In this document: positions 27,345 to 39,956 of the stretch, in pieces
Layout: every line of letters begins with the position of its first letter
Numbering within the stretch: the first letter of the stretch is position 1
Source of the DNA: Tubulanus polymorphus
Taxonomy: Eukaryota; Animalia; Nemertea
Length of the DNA stretch: 64,000 bases
Direction of reading: 5' to 3'
Assembly: GCF_964204645.1 (NCBI RefSeq)
Contig: NW_027437454.1
Location: 1 to 64,000 of the forward strand
The notes under the pieces: model-generated
What the model was told of the DNA's origin: nothing
Database searches by the model: none
What the model saw: the letters and a program-made list of their open reading frames with translations, nothing else
Made by a program: the position numbers and the translations under genes

Positions 27345-27487
27345 CACTGCTGCTGGTAATGGGGCTGCTGCTGCTGCTGCTGCTGGTGCTAATGTTGGTG
27401 CTTCTGCTGCTGCTGGTGCTGCTAGTGCTGCTGGTACTGGTGCTGCTGCTGGTGCTGCCTCTGCCGCCGCCGCTGCCGCTGCTGCTG
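27345..27487. repeat. Imperfect (CTG)n trinucleotide repeat
   Basis: Visible directly. Confidence 0.9.
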
Positions 27488-27814
27488 TGTTTGTTGTCGT
27501 TAAAAAGAGTCATTTTGTAAATTGAAACGCGACCATTGCAACAATAACTACACCGCCGCAATGATCCGTTAAAACAGCGTTATATAAACAACCGCGCCGT
27601 TTCATACGTCACTGACGACGTAATTCAAAATTTATTGCCCGTGAAATGGAGCACGTGTTCCCCGTGTATCCCGTTATCCTCCGAGCTGCCGCTTCCGCCG
27701 CGGATGCCACATCCGGCGCGTAGTCAATCTAATCAGGAATTTGAGTTTTAGAAAAACAGTACAAAAAAATCATCAAAATACCAACTAGAGATTTTACATG
27801 TAAACATTTCGAGA

Positions 27815-28190
27815 AAAAGATGTCTGCCTCCATAAACCCCCTATGACGTCATCAAATTACCTCTACTACAGTGATTTGATTTGACCCTTGATTTAATTAG
27901 AAAAGATGTCTGCCTCCATAAATCCCCCTATGACATCATTACTTTTCTTGTAGTGATTTGATCTATAGACACTTCTTGAAAAGATGTCTGCCTCCATAAA
28001 TCCCTCAATGACGTCATCAAATTACCTCTACTATAGTGATTTGATTTGACCCTTGATTTAGAAAAGATGTCAGCCTCCATAGATCCCCCTATGACATCAT
28101 CAATTGTCTACTAAGTGATTTGATCTATAGACACTTCTATAAAACATGTCTACCTCCATCAATCCCCCTATGACATCATCAAATTTACTC
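27815..28190 (-). repeat. ~79-bp repeat cluster
   Basis: 5 units. Confidence 0.9.
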
Positions 28191-28987
28191 GGCAATTTCA
28201 TCCATTAACGAACTCGAGTAAACTCGACACATTTTTTTCGCGCTGTCTCTTGTGTGTGACATATTAGTTGAGTAAATAAAATAAAATCGAAAAATATTCC
28301 GGCGACGCTAAAAGCAAAATCTGCAACGTTACGGGGAAGAGGTATATAGACGTTAGCCGTCGGTCTACGGCGCGGTGGTTCCATTAGCTAAAGTGTTGAT
28401 TTAGAAGCCGGTAATAAATGGACCGGTGGTAGAAAAAAAATTATATTTTGTAACCGACGCGGTTTCTGATGCTGCTGCTGCCGGTGCCGGTGTAGTGTAG
28501 TCTTCCCGCGTGGTGTGTATCGGTTTATCCTGGCGCTAAGTAAATTTTTACGCTAAAAGCCAACTCGACGGACAAATATTAGCCACGTTGGTATTTACGG
28601 CGTGAAAACAAAACCGTTCCTTTTTTGTCGGTGGATGCTGCGCGCAACTGTCTGTATCCGTCATTGGATAGCTCCTCGCGCGTTACCGTCACGGCGACAT
28701 TCCGCCAGGGTCGCCTGCCAGGGTCGGCTCGCCTGCGCCAGTAACCGAGCTTTTGTTACGCGCGCGCTCGCAAATAGAGAGGAGTAACGTCGTCGTCGTC
28801 GTCGCTACGGTTTCCCTGGGGGTGTATTACGTAGATAAATACCATAGTAACTGCCATTTTAGTAATGAGTACCAACAAATGATAGTGATTCCCCGAGGAG
28901 CCATTTTTTTATGATACTCGGATAGAACTGCGAGCGGATTTCAGATCTGAAGAGTTTGAGAAAAAAACTATTGATAGCCATCAGCTA

Positions 28988-29243
28988 TTGTGGGTTTAGT
29001 TTCACTCTGTACCCAGTTCCACAGTTGTGCGGGTTTAATTTGACTCTGTACCCAGTTCCACTGTTGTGTTAGTTTAAATTGACTCTGAATTAAGTTCCGC
29101 AGTTGTGCGGGTTTAATTTGACTGTGGATCCAGTTACACAGTTGTGTGAGTCTAATTTGACTATTAAGCCCGGGTCCACAGTTGTGTACTAGGTTTAGTT
29201 TTACTCTGAACCCAATTCCACAGTTGTGCGAGGCTGAATTTGA
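28988..29243 (+). repeat. 39-bp minisatellite array
   Basis: About 6.5 units. Confidence 0.9.
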
Positions 29244-29325
29244 CCCCTTCACATCCATTAACAGCGCATCAAATCACAATCGATTATATTCTCCAATCAT
29301 CATTCAAACACTGCACTCTCCTCCA

Positions 29326-29421
29326 CGCTCGGCTCGGCTCGACTCGACTCGGTTCGGTTCGGCTCGGCTCGGCTCGGCTCGGCTCGGCTCGGTTCGGTTC
29401 GGTTCGGCTCGGCTCGGCTCG
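29326..29421. repeat. (GGCTC/GGTTC)n pentanucleotide repeat
   Basis: Visible directly. Confidence 0.95.
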
Positions 29422-29929
29422 AATCATCCTCGACATGCACTAATTCGATTCACACGCGCAGTTTCACATTTCTTTTTCTTTGCAGAACCTTCGTAAAAAA
29501 ACACAATAAGGAATTATATATAATTATTTCGGCTCAAACGGAAGGATACAACGCCCGCGTCCGTTCTAAGATCACGACCGTCGCCGTCGCCGCCGCCGCC
29601 GCTACCGCCGCCTGACTTGTGACCGCCGCCGCCTGAAGGTAAGATATACATGTTTTATCGCGATGCTTTTAAGTAATTATTGCCGAGTCTTTGAAGCATT
29701 GTTTTCCGTAATGAAAACTAATAACGAATGAACACTGGCGGCCATTTTGTTTATTACCGACCAATCAGTGAGCTCGATTAGTTAACAGCGATATTTAGCA
29801 ATTTCCTATATGTTTTGGGTTCGAATCCCACAAATTTTGCAATATTTTTCTCATCATTGTCCCAGTATTAACTTTCTGTAAGACTAAAAAAAACCAGTGC
29901 TAACTATAACTCAGAACTCTGGCGAACTG

Positions 29930-30092
29930 GATTCTCAGTTCTGCAGAGTTAGCTCTAACTCATCAGAGTAAACTCTTACTCACATGCTGTGGAAATGGAT
30001 CCTGAGTTCAGAGTTAACTCCAACTCACAACTGTAGAACTGTATCCCGAGTTCAGAGTTAACTCTAACATACAACAGTAGAACTGGATCCTG
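29930..30092 (-). repeat. 44-bp variant repeat
   Basis: Reverse complement of the 9298-9410 unit. Confidence 0.75.
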
Positions 30093-30584
30093 ATATGAGT
30101 TTCATAAACAAAATTTTGTAGTCTTTTTTTGAATTTGTTAGTATTATGTATATGAATGTTTGTTGACACTTTCACAAGATCCAGACGTTTATATTTACAT
30201 TATTATAAGCTGCGCCGGAATCGTTTTTTTTCCTCTCTCGCTCTCTCTCTCTCCCTCTCTCTCACTCTGATTTCCCCCAGGTTTCACTCGGCGGTAAGAT
30301 CCTATGAATAATGTTAATATTCGCCTACTGCTTGCAGGGCTATCGCTCAGCGGTTCTGCTTTTTGTAAATGTCACCAGTAGTTTTCGTGTGAACGCGCTC
30401 GCTTTTTCTGACACACCAAACATCGAAGCATAAAAATGCTAAAACTGGAGATGTTGGGCGGTTCATTCTAGACCGGATAGTCGGGTAGTAACCGCATTAA
30501 GGAAACACTGTGAGTCGGTGTTGTAACTGTATCATAAAAATATATCACATTATAGAAATATATAACTGTAATTGCTCAAGATAT

Positions 30585-31205
30585 CATAGAAGATGACATT
30601 AGGACAAATTAGGACAAGGTCGAAACGTTGAATAAACTACACTAGCTCAAGGAATACAGCATTCCTGAAGATGACTATTAGGATATAGTCAAAACGTCGA
30701 ATAAACTACACTAGCTCAAGGAATACAGTATTCCTGAAGATGACTATTAGGATATAGTCAAAACGTTGAATAAACTACACTAGCTCAAGGAATACAGCAT
30801 TCCTGAAGATGACTATTAGGATATAGTCGAAACGTCGAATAAACTACACTAGTTCAAGGAATACAGTATTCCTGAAGATGACTATTAGGATATAGTCGAA
30901 ACGTTGAATATTAAACTACACTAGCTCAAGGAATACAGTATTCCTGAAGATGACTATTAGGATATAGTCGAAACGTTGAATAAACAACACTAGCTCAAGG
31001 AATACAGTATTCCTGAAGATGACTATTAGGATATAGTCGAAACGTCGAATAAACTACACTAGCTCAAGGAATACAGTATTCCTGAAGATGACTATTAGAA
31101 TAAAGTCGAAACATTGAATAAACTACACTAGCTCAAGGAATACAGTATTCCTGAAGATGACTATTAGGATATAGTCTAAACGTCGAATAAACTACACTAG
31201 CTCAT
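30585..31205 (+). ncRNA. 69-bp tandem array of minimal type I hammerhead ribozyme motifs (8 cores plus 1 degenerate)
   Basis: Unit contains TATTC-CTGAAGA-T-GACTAT(TAGGAT)ATAGTC-GAAA-CG-TY-GAATA: stem I, CUGANGA, stem II, GAAA, palindromic ACGT in place of stem III, UH. Cores start at 30665, 30734, 30803, 30872, 30944, 31013, 31082 and 31151. Confidence 0.8.
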
Positions 31206-31744
31206 GGAAACATTTCGTACTTTATCATTTATTCTATGATAGACGATCGGTAATGCGGAAAGAAATTGTGTTAAACAGTGGTGGCGTTGAGAAACCGTAG
31301 CGACTGCAGCGGCGATATTTACTGAAATGATAATTATTAATGAATAATGATTATAATGATTTACTGAGAAGAATTTCTTCCAACGCCACTGATTATAACG
31401 TTTGATGGTCATAGTGTGAAGGTCGGATTCGGTGTTAGTTCAAAAGGTTGCGCAGACGACAAAACCAAACACTTGTGACATGTGACAGCACGTGACCACG
31501 TGTTCGTCTGCCAATCTGTTGCTTTCGATGATTTCCTTTTTTATAGTGCTCCAATCACATCACGTGTTTCGATCTCTCACTGCGCGACCCCTCGAACAAA
31601 AAAAAACATCTGTCAACGTTTATTTAACGGTCGTTTAATCTGCGCCAGGCGCGATCGACAAATACACACTCAACACTAGAATGGTGGATCTCCGACGATA
31701 CTGTGGCAATCGAGGATCCCTTATCGAGACAAGCGATAGTCGCC

Positions 31745-32077
31745 AGGTGTCGCTAGTAGTTACAATATAACCCCACGTTTGTTGCTCCTAGTCCTTGTAT
31801 TCAAAATCATCACGAGCATAAATGTACACGGTACTCATCATTAGACCTCCGATGCTACTGTGGCAATCGAGGATTCTACTTATGGCAAGCAAGGTTCCAC
31901 CAGGTGCCGCTAGTAGTTACAATATAACCCCACGTTTGTTGCTCCTAGTCCTTGTTTTCAAAATCATCACGAGCATAAATGTACACGGTACTCATCATTA
32001 GACCTCCGATGCTACTGTGGCAATCGAGGATTCTACTTATGGCAAGCAAGGTTCCACCAGGTGCCGCTAGTAGTTAC
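31745..32077. repeat. 157-bp tandem duplication containing the CTCF-like repeat
   Basis: GCTAGTAGTTACAATATAACCCC at 31752 and 31909. Confidence 0.9.
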
Positions 32078-32174
32078 CAGAGTCTTTGGCATCCATTGTA
32101 CATTTCAGTAAAAAACCGAATGAAATTTTCTCAATGAATCAATGAAAATGTATTTAATGTAATATGCGTGATAA

Positions 32175-32421
32175 CAATTCAATTCGAATACGAATATTTA
32201 TTACACTCCAACCATTCCCATGGTATATGGAGGAGAAAACAGTATTTACAATTATATACAAAAACAGTAGATAAAAGCACTTTGAAACAAAACAAACGTT
32301 ATTTACAACTTACTATTTACACACACTACCGGTAGGATCTATATACATCTAGACCTAATTTGATAAATTTAGCCGGTTTAAAGGTTGGATTTATTGAAAC
32401 ATCAAGATTCCGAAACGTATT
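32175..32421 (-). mobile_element. LINE 3' end, same family as 6441-6790
   Basis: About 230 nt of close similarity to 6450-6680; tail of TTCGTA/TTCGAA/TTGAAT units. Confidence 0.7.
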
Positions 32422-32674
32422 TGAAAGTTGAAAATGCACCACGGCATCTGGCGGTATAGTAGATGCCACTACGAGCGGTCAACGTCAAACAGTCTATAGC
32501 TAATCGTTTCAATCTGTGACCCACTATTATTATACACTAGATCCCGGTTACTGGTCAATCTGTTACAGATATTGTTCTTATCTGTTAACCGTATTTTTGT
32601 CGCCATTCTGGCACCATCGTCAACTTCATTTACACGAGGCGTAAATTATAGACCGTTCTGAAATGTACGTTTGC

Positions 32675-33560
32675 TGCCATAAATCCCTCTATGACAAAAA
32701 TCAAATCGTCAGCAGTAGGCAAGCTGATGATGTCATAGGGGGATTTATGGAGGCAGACACCATTCTCCAGAAGTGTCAAATTATTAGTAGACGATTTGAT
32801 GATATCATAGGGGGATTTATGGAGGCAGATATCATTCTCCAGAAGCGTAAAATTATTTGATGATGTCATAGGGGGATTTACGGAGGCAGATATCATTCTC
32901 CAGAAGTGTCAAATTACTAGTAGACAATTTGATGATATCATAGGGGGATTTATGGAGGCTGACATCTGTTCTAGAAGTGTCTTTGCACACGGAATCAGTA
33001 GGTTGTTGGGGGTTATTGAGAAATCGCGTAGCGTTGAATCAACACGCGATTATGTAAGGGTCTCCGCAATTTAGGACAGAACCGGAAGTGATAAGCCGGG
33101 CGGAAGTTTACTACTGATGTTCGTTAGCGAGTATTCGTAATTAAACCCGAAATGAACAGCTGGTAATTAGCGACGTGATATAAATTACTTCCGATACATG
33201 AAATACCTACACATTTACAAAGCGAGATCCAATCGAGACGACGGCCATCTTTCCTATTGAGAGTATCTAGATTCAATCGGTAGTGACCATGTCGATGACG
33301 TCAAAGGGGGATTTATTTAAGTGGAAATATTTTCTAGAATAGTCTATAAAGATCGAATGATTAGTAGACAAGTTTCTGATGATGTCATAGGGAGATTTAT
33401 AGAAAGCTTTATAGATCTAATCACTAGTCGGTATTTAATGTCATGGGGTGAATTTCGTGTAGGCAACGAAATCGATGATGTCATAGGCGCATTTATTGAA
33501 GCCGCCATCTTTATGCGTAAGGTATGACTATCAAACCAACTCGATAACGTCATAGGGTGA
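32675..33560 (+). repeat. ~79-bp repeat clusters (32675-32985 and degenerate 33290-33560)
   Basis: GATGATGTCATAGGGGGATTTA cores. Confidence 0.8.
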
Positions 33561-34144
33561 TTTAATAGCGAGGCAATCGTCGTGCGCGTGCGTGCCTCTC
33601 TCTCTCCCTCTCCCTCTATCTCTCCCTCTCCCCTCCCTCTCCGCTCTACAATCTTGAAGATATTCCCTCTGCCACTGCCCCTGCCTCTCTCTCTCCCTCT
33701 CCCTCTCTCTCTCCCTCTCCCCTCCCTCTCCGCTCTACAATCTTGAAGATAAAATTGTTGAAAAATTCATTAACGAATGACTACATCGCCTCGAAACGAA
33801 TGTCTACATCGATATCCGGCTATTAAATCTAGACACGTGCCACCATTACAAAGGATTATAATAGCTTTATCGCACCTGTTACCGTAATACAAAAGATTGT
33901 GATTTATTTCGCGACGCTATCAGAAGTTCAGTTGGCTCACTCACTCTTACTCACTCTCACTCTTTCTAGCTCTCTTTCTCTCTTCAGCTCTCACTTGCTG
34001 TTGTTCGATTAATCACTGAACACGAGCAATTATCCCGCTATCACATATGTTACCGTCAAACATGGACGTTTTTATCGGTAGGAAATCTATTTCAAGATTT
34101 ACCGTTCCGGACTGTAGGTAACTGCTTGAAAAAATGTGGCTTTA

Positions 34145-34855
34145 TCCTCTGCCTCTGCCTCTCCCTCTCCATCAGCCTCTATCTGTCCCTCTCCCTCTCC
34201 CTCTCCCTCACTATCACCCTCTGCCTGTCCCTCTCCCTCCCCCTCTTCTCTCCCTCTCACTCCCCATCACCCTCTGCCTCTCCCTCTCTCTCCCTCTCCT
34301 TCTCCATCAGCCTATGCCTCTCCTCCCTCCCTCTCCCCTCCCTCTCACTCCCCATCACCCTCTGCCACTGCCACTGCCTCTCTCTCTCTCCCTCTGCCTC
34401 TGCCTCTGCCTCTCTCTCTCCCTCTCCCTCTCTCTCTCCCTCTCCCCTCCCTCTCACTCCCCATCACCCTCTGCCTCTGCCACTGCCTCTGCCTCTGCCT
34501 CTCCATCTCCCTTTCCCTCTCTCTCTCCCTCTCCCTCTCCCTCTCCCTCTCCCTCTCCCTCTCCCTCTCCCTCTCCCTCTCCCTCTCTCTCCGCCTCTGC
34601 CACTGCGTCTGCCTCTGCCTCTGCCTCTGCCTCTGCCTCTGCCTCTGCCTCTGCCTCCCTCTCTCTCTCTCTCCCTCTCTGCCTCTGCCTCTGCCTCTGC
34701 CTCTGCCTCTGCCTCTGCCTCCCTCTCTCTCTCTCTCCCTCTCTGCCTCTGCCTCTGCCTCTGCCTCTGCCTCTGCCTCTGCCTCTGCCTCTGCCTTCCT
34801 CTCTCTCTCTCTCCCTCTCTCCCTCTCTCCATCTCTCCTCTCTCCCCCTCTCTTT
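34145..34855. repeat. (CTCTGC)n / (CTCTCC)n compound microsatellite
   Basis: Visible directly. Confidence 0.96.
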
Positions 34856-35909
34856 CAAGGCTGAGCACGGCTTTGCCTTTACCGAACTACACGAATTATC
34901 CTGTGCGTCAAAGACCCGCGTCTAAACATCAACACGAAACGCTAAATCACATTAAAGGTTTGCATCTGGGACGCGCGGGTCGACGACATCTGATGATATA
35001 TCTTTATGATTTTCATGTCGGTGATAGTTAATTCTATTCCGCCGTCGCGCTTTCACGATTCGTGCGACACGATGTTTGGTTTTCGAACGTTCGTAAATTT
35101 GGTTATTTCTCGCGTGTGTGGATGGATTTCAGTAGCACGATATCAAAAAGCCGCCGCAGCAGCGGCAGCAGCGGCGGAGGCGTTTGCGTGGCAGTGTTTA
35201 ACCTCGCGTGACTAGCTCCGCACCGCCGCTCCTTACCGACCCTGACCGCTCGACATCATCCCTCATCCCTTTCGAACTGCTCCACACACCACCTCACCGA
35301 CCCTCATCACCCCTCAGCACTCCACACACCCTTCCATACACCACTCCGTGTCGCTAGTGTGCAGGACATCGCAAACTGCGGCAAAATAGGATTGCAATGT
35401 GTTTTAGCATGTTAAGATCCAACAGGTGTCGCTAGTGTGAAGTAGGACAGAGCTTGTGGAGTTCTCCTCGATTCAAATCTAGCTATAATTTCCTCGAATT
35501 GTATGATGAGTAAAAATGCTTCATTTAACCAATCTCACGTCAATGCCATCTAGCGGGATCTGGTGCAGCAAGGTCTTCTCGTGGTCACCGATCTCAAGGA
35601 CGCGGGTGATTTATTATCGGGTTTTGCGGACTTGTGTCGTCTGTTTTCGATCGAGGGAGATACTGCATTACCCGCGCGCGTGCGTGCTTCGTGGTAGTAA
35701 TCCATATGAAACAGTGTGCACCTCCACTCACTCGATCCAGACCCGAACCAACATGGCTCAGCGGACAAATATACTGGCGCTGTAGGCAATTCCATCGAAT
35801 GGACATCTCGATATTAATATGAGTGTTAATGCGCCCGTGGCACGCACACATTTTATGTTAGCCACAAACTGTTACAAAAAGTGGATTGTCGCCTAACAGT
35901 GAGCGAGAT

Positions 35910-36370
<461 letters not shown>

Positions 36371-37859
36371 AGTAGGCTATGTAAGGAACTCGCGTGGTGC
36401 ACTGACTTGACTTGTGTCCGTGTGTGAGTGTTTAATGTACGGGATGATGATGAATGATGAGGTCGTGTTTGAGGATTAATGAACATCCGTTTCTAACCGC
36501 AGTTTGAACTCAGCTGCTCAGTTTTTGCCTCCACTCGCATTTCCGATGAAATAAAATAAAGCCAAAGTGGAGGCATTGTCGAGAACGAATGTGCTTTCGT
36601 TTAATAGACTGGTTGCCTGTTGATTTCTGCGCCATGATCGGCATCCAGTTTAATCACTTAAATGAAACAGAAATGTAAAATAGAGTTAATTGGGGGGGGG
36701 GGGGGTTCCGGTCGTCTCTGGATTTGTAATAGAGTTCGCTCAGAGACTCCGACAATCTCTGACTCTCGCCGAGGTTCTCCGAATCTAACCGATCGAGGTT
36801 CTCCGAAACATACCGAGGTTCTCCGGATCTTACCGAGGTTCTCCGAAACTTACCGAGGTACTCCGACACTCGCAGACGCATCCCATTTATCCGAAAATAC
36901 CCGACGATCTTCGGCATTAAACGACCATTTCTTGCGGTGCCCTTTTTAAAAAATCTGGAGCAGACGAGATCGATTTTGGTCGTCTGCTCAGGCTGTCGGG
37001 GCAGACGTCGCCCGCAGCGGTTCGCGTGCGCATATATAACATTTATTCAGCGAATACTTTTTGCCCCTCAAGGAGGGAACTTCTCGATAAAAACTATATC
37101 GATCAATAATGATCGACTAGCGACGCGAATACTTTATTATCTTATAAACATATGCTTCAACGACGGTAGGGAGGGGGTCTATATCCCGGCGACACAGCCG
37201 TTCTCTGCCCCCGGGCATCGCAGTTATAAATTCAGTCGTTACTTCAGTCCAGAGCCAACAAATCTATTATATACATTTAATTCATATTTCTACTGAGTGT
37301 AGCTTTAATAAATGAAAACTTCATTCGGTTTTAGCTGAAAATGTAGAAGAAACACCGAATAACTACTAGCGACACCTGGTGGATCCTCACTTGCTGCAAG
37401 TGGAATCATCTATTGTCGAACTAGTTGGTGTCCTACTGCACACTAGCGACACCTGTTGATTTAGCGTTCCTTTTCTCGTAAAACTATTTTCCACATAATT
37501 TTCACTAACTTCAATAAAAAAAACTGCGTCATCAGATATTCATTGGAAATCTATCTACTTCTGTGAAGCTAGGCTGGGTCAATATTCTAGCGAACAGGAT
37601 TGCGTAACAACACACCTCATTTAGACATTAAATATGAATTGCAGCCAGTCTGTTGGATATTTCAGCAATAAAACTAGATATTGACAGCACTGCTGATATA
37701 TTGGCCAGAATTTACAAAAATATAGACCAACTTCCACAGGTCTGGATCCAGTTCCACAGGTCTGGATCCAGATCCAGGATCACGTGCAACTCTCGTTTAC
37801 GTCATATTGGCCGTGTAAATGGTTGACGCCCGTTGCTTTTTAGCTGGACTAACCAATTT

Positions 37860-38060
37860 TGATTTGAACCCAGTTGCGTGGGTTTAATTTGACTCTGAAC
37901 CCAGTTCCACAGTTGTGTGTGTTTAATTTAACTCTGAATCCAGTTCCACAGTTGTGTGGGTTTAATTTAACTCTGAACCCAGTTCCCAGTTGTGTGTGTT
38001 TAATTTAACTCTGAATCCAGTTCCACAGTTGTGTGGCTTTAATTCGACCGTGGATCTAGC
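37860..38060 (+). repeat. 39-bp minisatellite array
   Basis: About 5 units. Confidence 0.9.
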
Positions 38061-38434
38061 TCCACATCGCACACGACACGACAGACGGAAGCGCCCGGGA
38101 AACATGTCTGCATTTTCCGCGTTTCCGTAAGCGTTGCGGGCCTTATAGCACGAGTAAAATCCAACGCAACGAAACGGCTCACGACCAGAGAATCGCAGCG
38201 CGGACGTTCTACATGTAATACGTGGACGACCGCGCGGGGGCAAAGTGCACGTAACCTGCCATTGATTGGGTTATTAGCGATAATAACATCTCGCCGGAAT
38301 TGATGAATCCTTTGTCGTGCGGATTATACGTGGATGAAGCCAGAATCCCGTCCGAGCCTTTGATCGACGCCGCGTTCAGCACAGACGCACGTCGCGCACG
38401 TACTCGCAGATCAAATAGCGTATGTTGATTACGT

Positions 38435-38630
38435 ATGTCTGCTTCCACGAATCACCCTATGACGTCATCGGATTACCTACCGGACTGATGGCGTCTACGG
38501 GCATTTCGTTTAAAAGATGTCCGCCTCTGTAAATCCCGGTTATTGCGTCATCGAAATACCTACGACTTCCCCCTGAATACGCTTTCAGCAAAGATGTCTG
38601 ATTCCGTAGATCCTCCTATGACATCATCAG
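38435..38630 (-). repeat. ~79-bp repeat cluster (diverged)
   Basis: 3 degenerate units. Confidence 0.7.
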
Positions 38631-38929
38631 TTTCAAATAGAAACGTAAAACCCTAACTTACCTTTTGTAGAAAAAAAGCGATGAAGACTGAAGAACAAAA
38701 TATACAAAGCCGATTTCCAATGTCCAATTTCTAATCATCATGATGTAATCGGGTTCGAACCCACCAAATGGCGTGACGAGCACTCGGTCTTACGTTGTCA
38801 AAATTAGTTGATTTTCCTTCTATTCAGAGTAAGACCGAGTAACTACTAGCGACACCTGGTGGATCCTCACCTGCCAATGATTGAAATAAACGATTACATC
38901 CTTCAATGCAGAGTAAGACCGAATAACTA

Positions 38930-39956
38930 CTAGCGACACCTGTTGGATCCTCGCCTGCCGATGAGAGGAATCTTCGATTGCCACAGGAGGTCGTAGGTTC
39001 CCCGTTTAATTCGTCTTAACTCGTGAATTTTACCTGTTTTAAGCGAGTAGACAGAATTCGTCCAGGCGCCTCCGCACATTTCATCAGTGTTTCCTCGACA
39101 CGGACTCGAACATAACGACTCGTCTAACTGGTCGTGTTTTCCGTACGTGTCTCCGCAATGACATTCATCGCTATTCTGCAACCCGGCGTACGCGAAACCT
39201 TTAGATAAATTAAAACATTTCAATACCGGCTCAAACGAATGAAAATCGAATTTACCGAAAATCTCTCTCCATCTGCGCAAAAGTGAAAGGTTTCTTTGAA
39301 ATATCTTGGTATAAGTTTAGATAGTTTACGGATACAAACAAGGAGAAACATACGTGTAGTTAATGTTACCTGATTGGAGACATTTGGAGGCACATTTGAA
39401 TACAGTCTGATCATCGGAACGACTGTATTCACCATCAAGGTCCCTCTGTGAAGCATCCTTATAACAACCAATATACTCAACTGAAATAATACAATTCAAA
39501 GAATTGATCCATTTTCACAGTTGTGTGGGTTTAATTTGACTATGAACGCAGTTCCACAGTTGTGTGGGTTTGATTTGACTCTGAATCCAGTTACACAGTT
39601 GTGTGGGTTTGCTTTGACTCTGAACTCAGTTCCACAGTTGTGTGGGATTCATTTGACTATGAACGTAGTTCCACAGTTGTGTGGGTTTAATTCGACTCTG
39701 AATCCAGTTCCACAGTTGTGTGGGTTTAATTTGACTCTGGATCCAGTTCCACAGTTGTATAGGTTTAATTTGACCGTGGATCCAGTTCCACAGTGTAGTG
39801 AGGGTTTAATTTGATCCAGAAATTTGTTTTCTGAAATGTACACACCAGACATCTATCGACACTATTTGATGAATACTTACGTGCAAGTTGTGACGTCGAA
39901 TTCGCCGAAACTTCCAGAACGAAATAAACAATGGCACCGATTACAAAACTCCTCAT
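38930..39956 (-). CDS. Secreted single WSC-domain protein, paralog B (spliced gene; 3' end uncertain)
   Basis: Exons 39956-39881 (MRSFVIGAIVYFVLEVSANSTSQLA), 39480-39370 (LEYIGCYKDASQRDLDGEYSRSDDQTVFKCASKCLQS) and 39198-39034 (GFAYAGLQNSDECHCGDTYGKHDQLDESLCSSPCRGNTDEMCGGAWTNSVYSLKT). Same exon sizes (111, 165 nt) and phases as paralog A; eight Cys. Read-through stop is at 38930, but a downstream exon is possible. Confidence 0.88.
39034..39198 (-). CDS. WSC paralog B exon 3
   Basis: Acceptor CTAAAG|, 165 nt, FAYAGLQ..ECHCG..C...CRG....CGGAW. Confidence 0.9.
39370..39480 (-). CDS. WSC paralog B exon 2
   Basis: Acceptor ATTTCAG|, donor G|GTAAC, 111 nt, YIGCYKD motif. Confidence 0.9.
39515..39818 (+). 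repeat. 39-bp minisatellite array in intron 1 of WSC paralog B
   Basis: About 8 units. Confidence 0.9.
39881..39956 (-). CDS. WSC paralog B exon 1 (signal peptide)
   Basis: ATG at 39956, hydrophobic stretch, donor C|GTAAGT. Confidence 0.85.

Noticed and set aside
27335-27520. Poly-Leu signal/transmembrane-like ORF
   Set aside because: CTG repeat with a stop soon after and no convincing donor.
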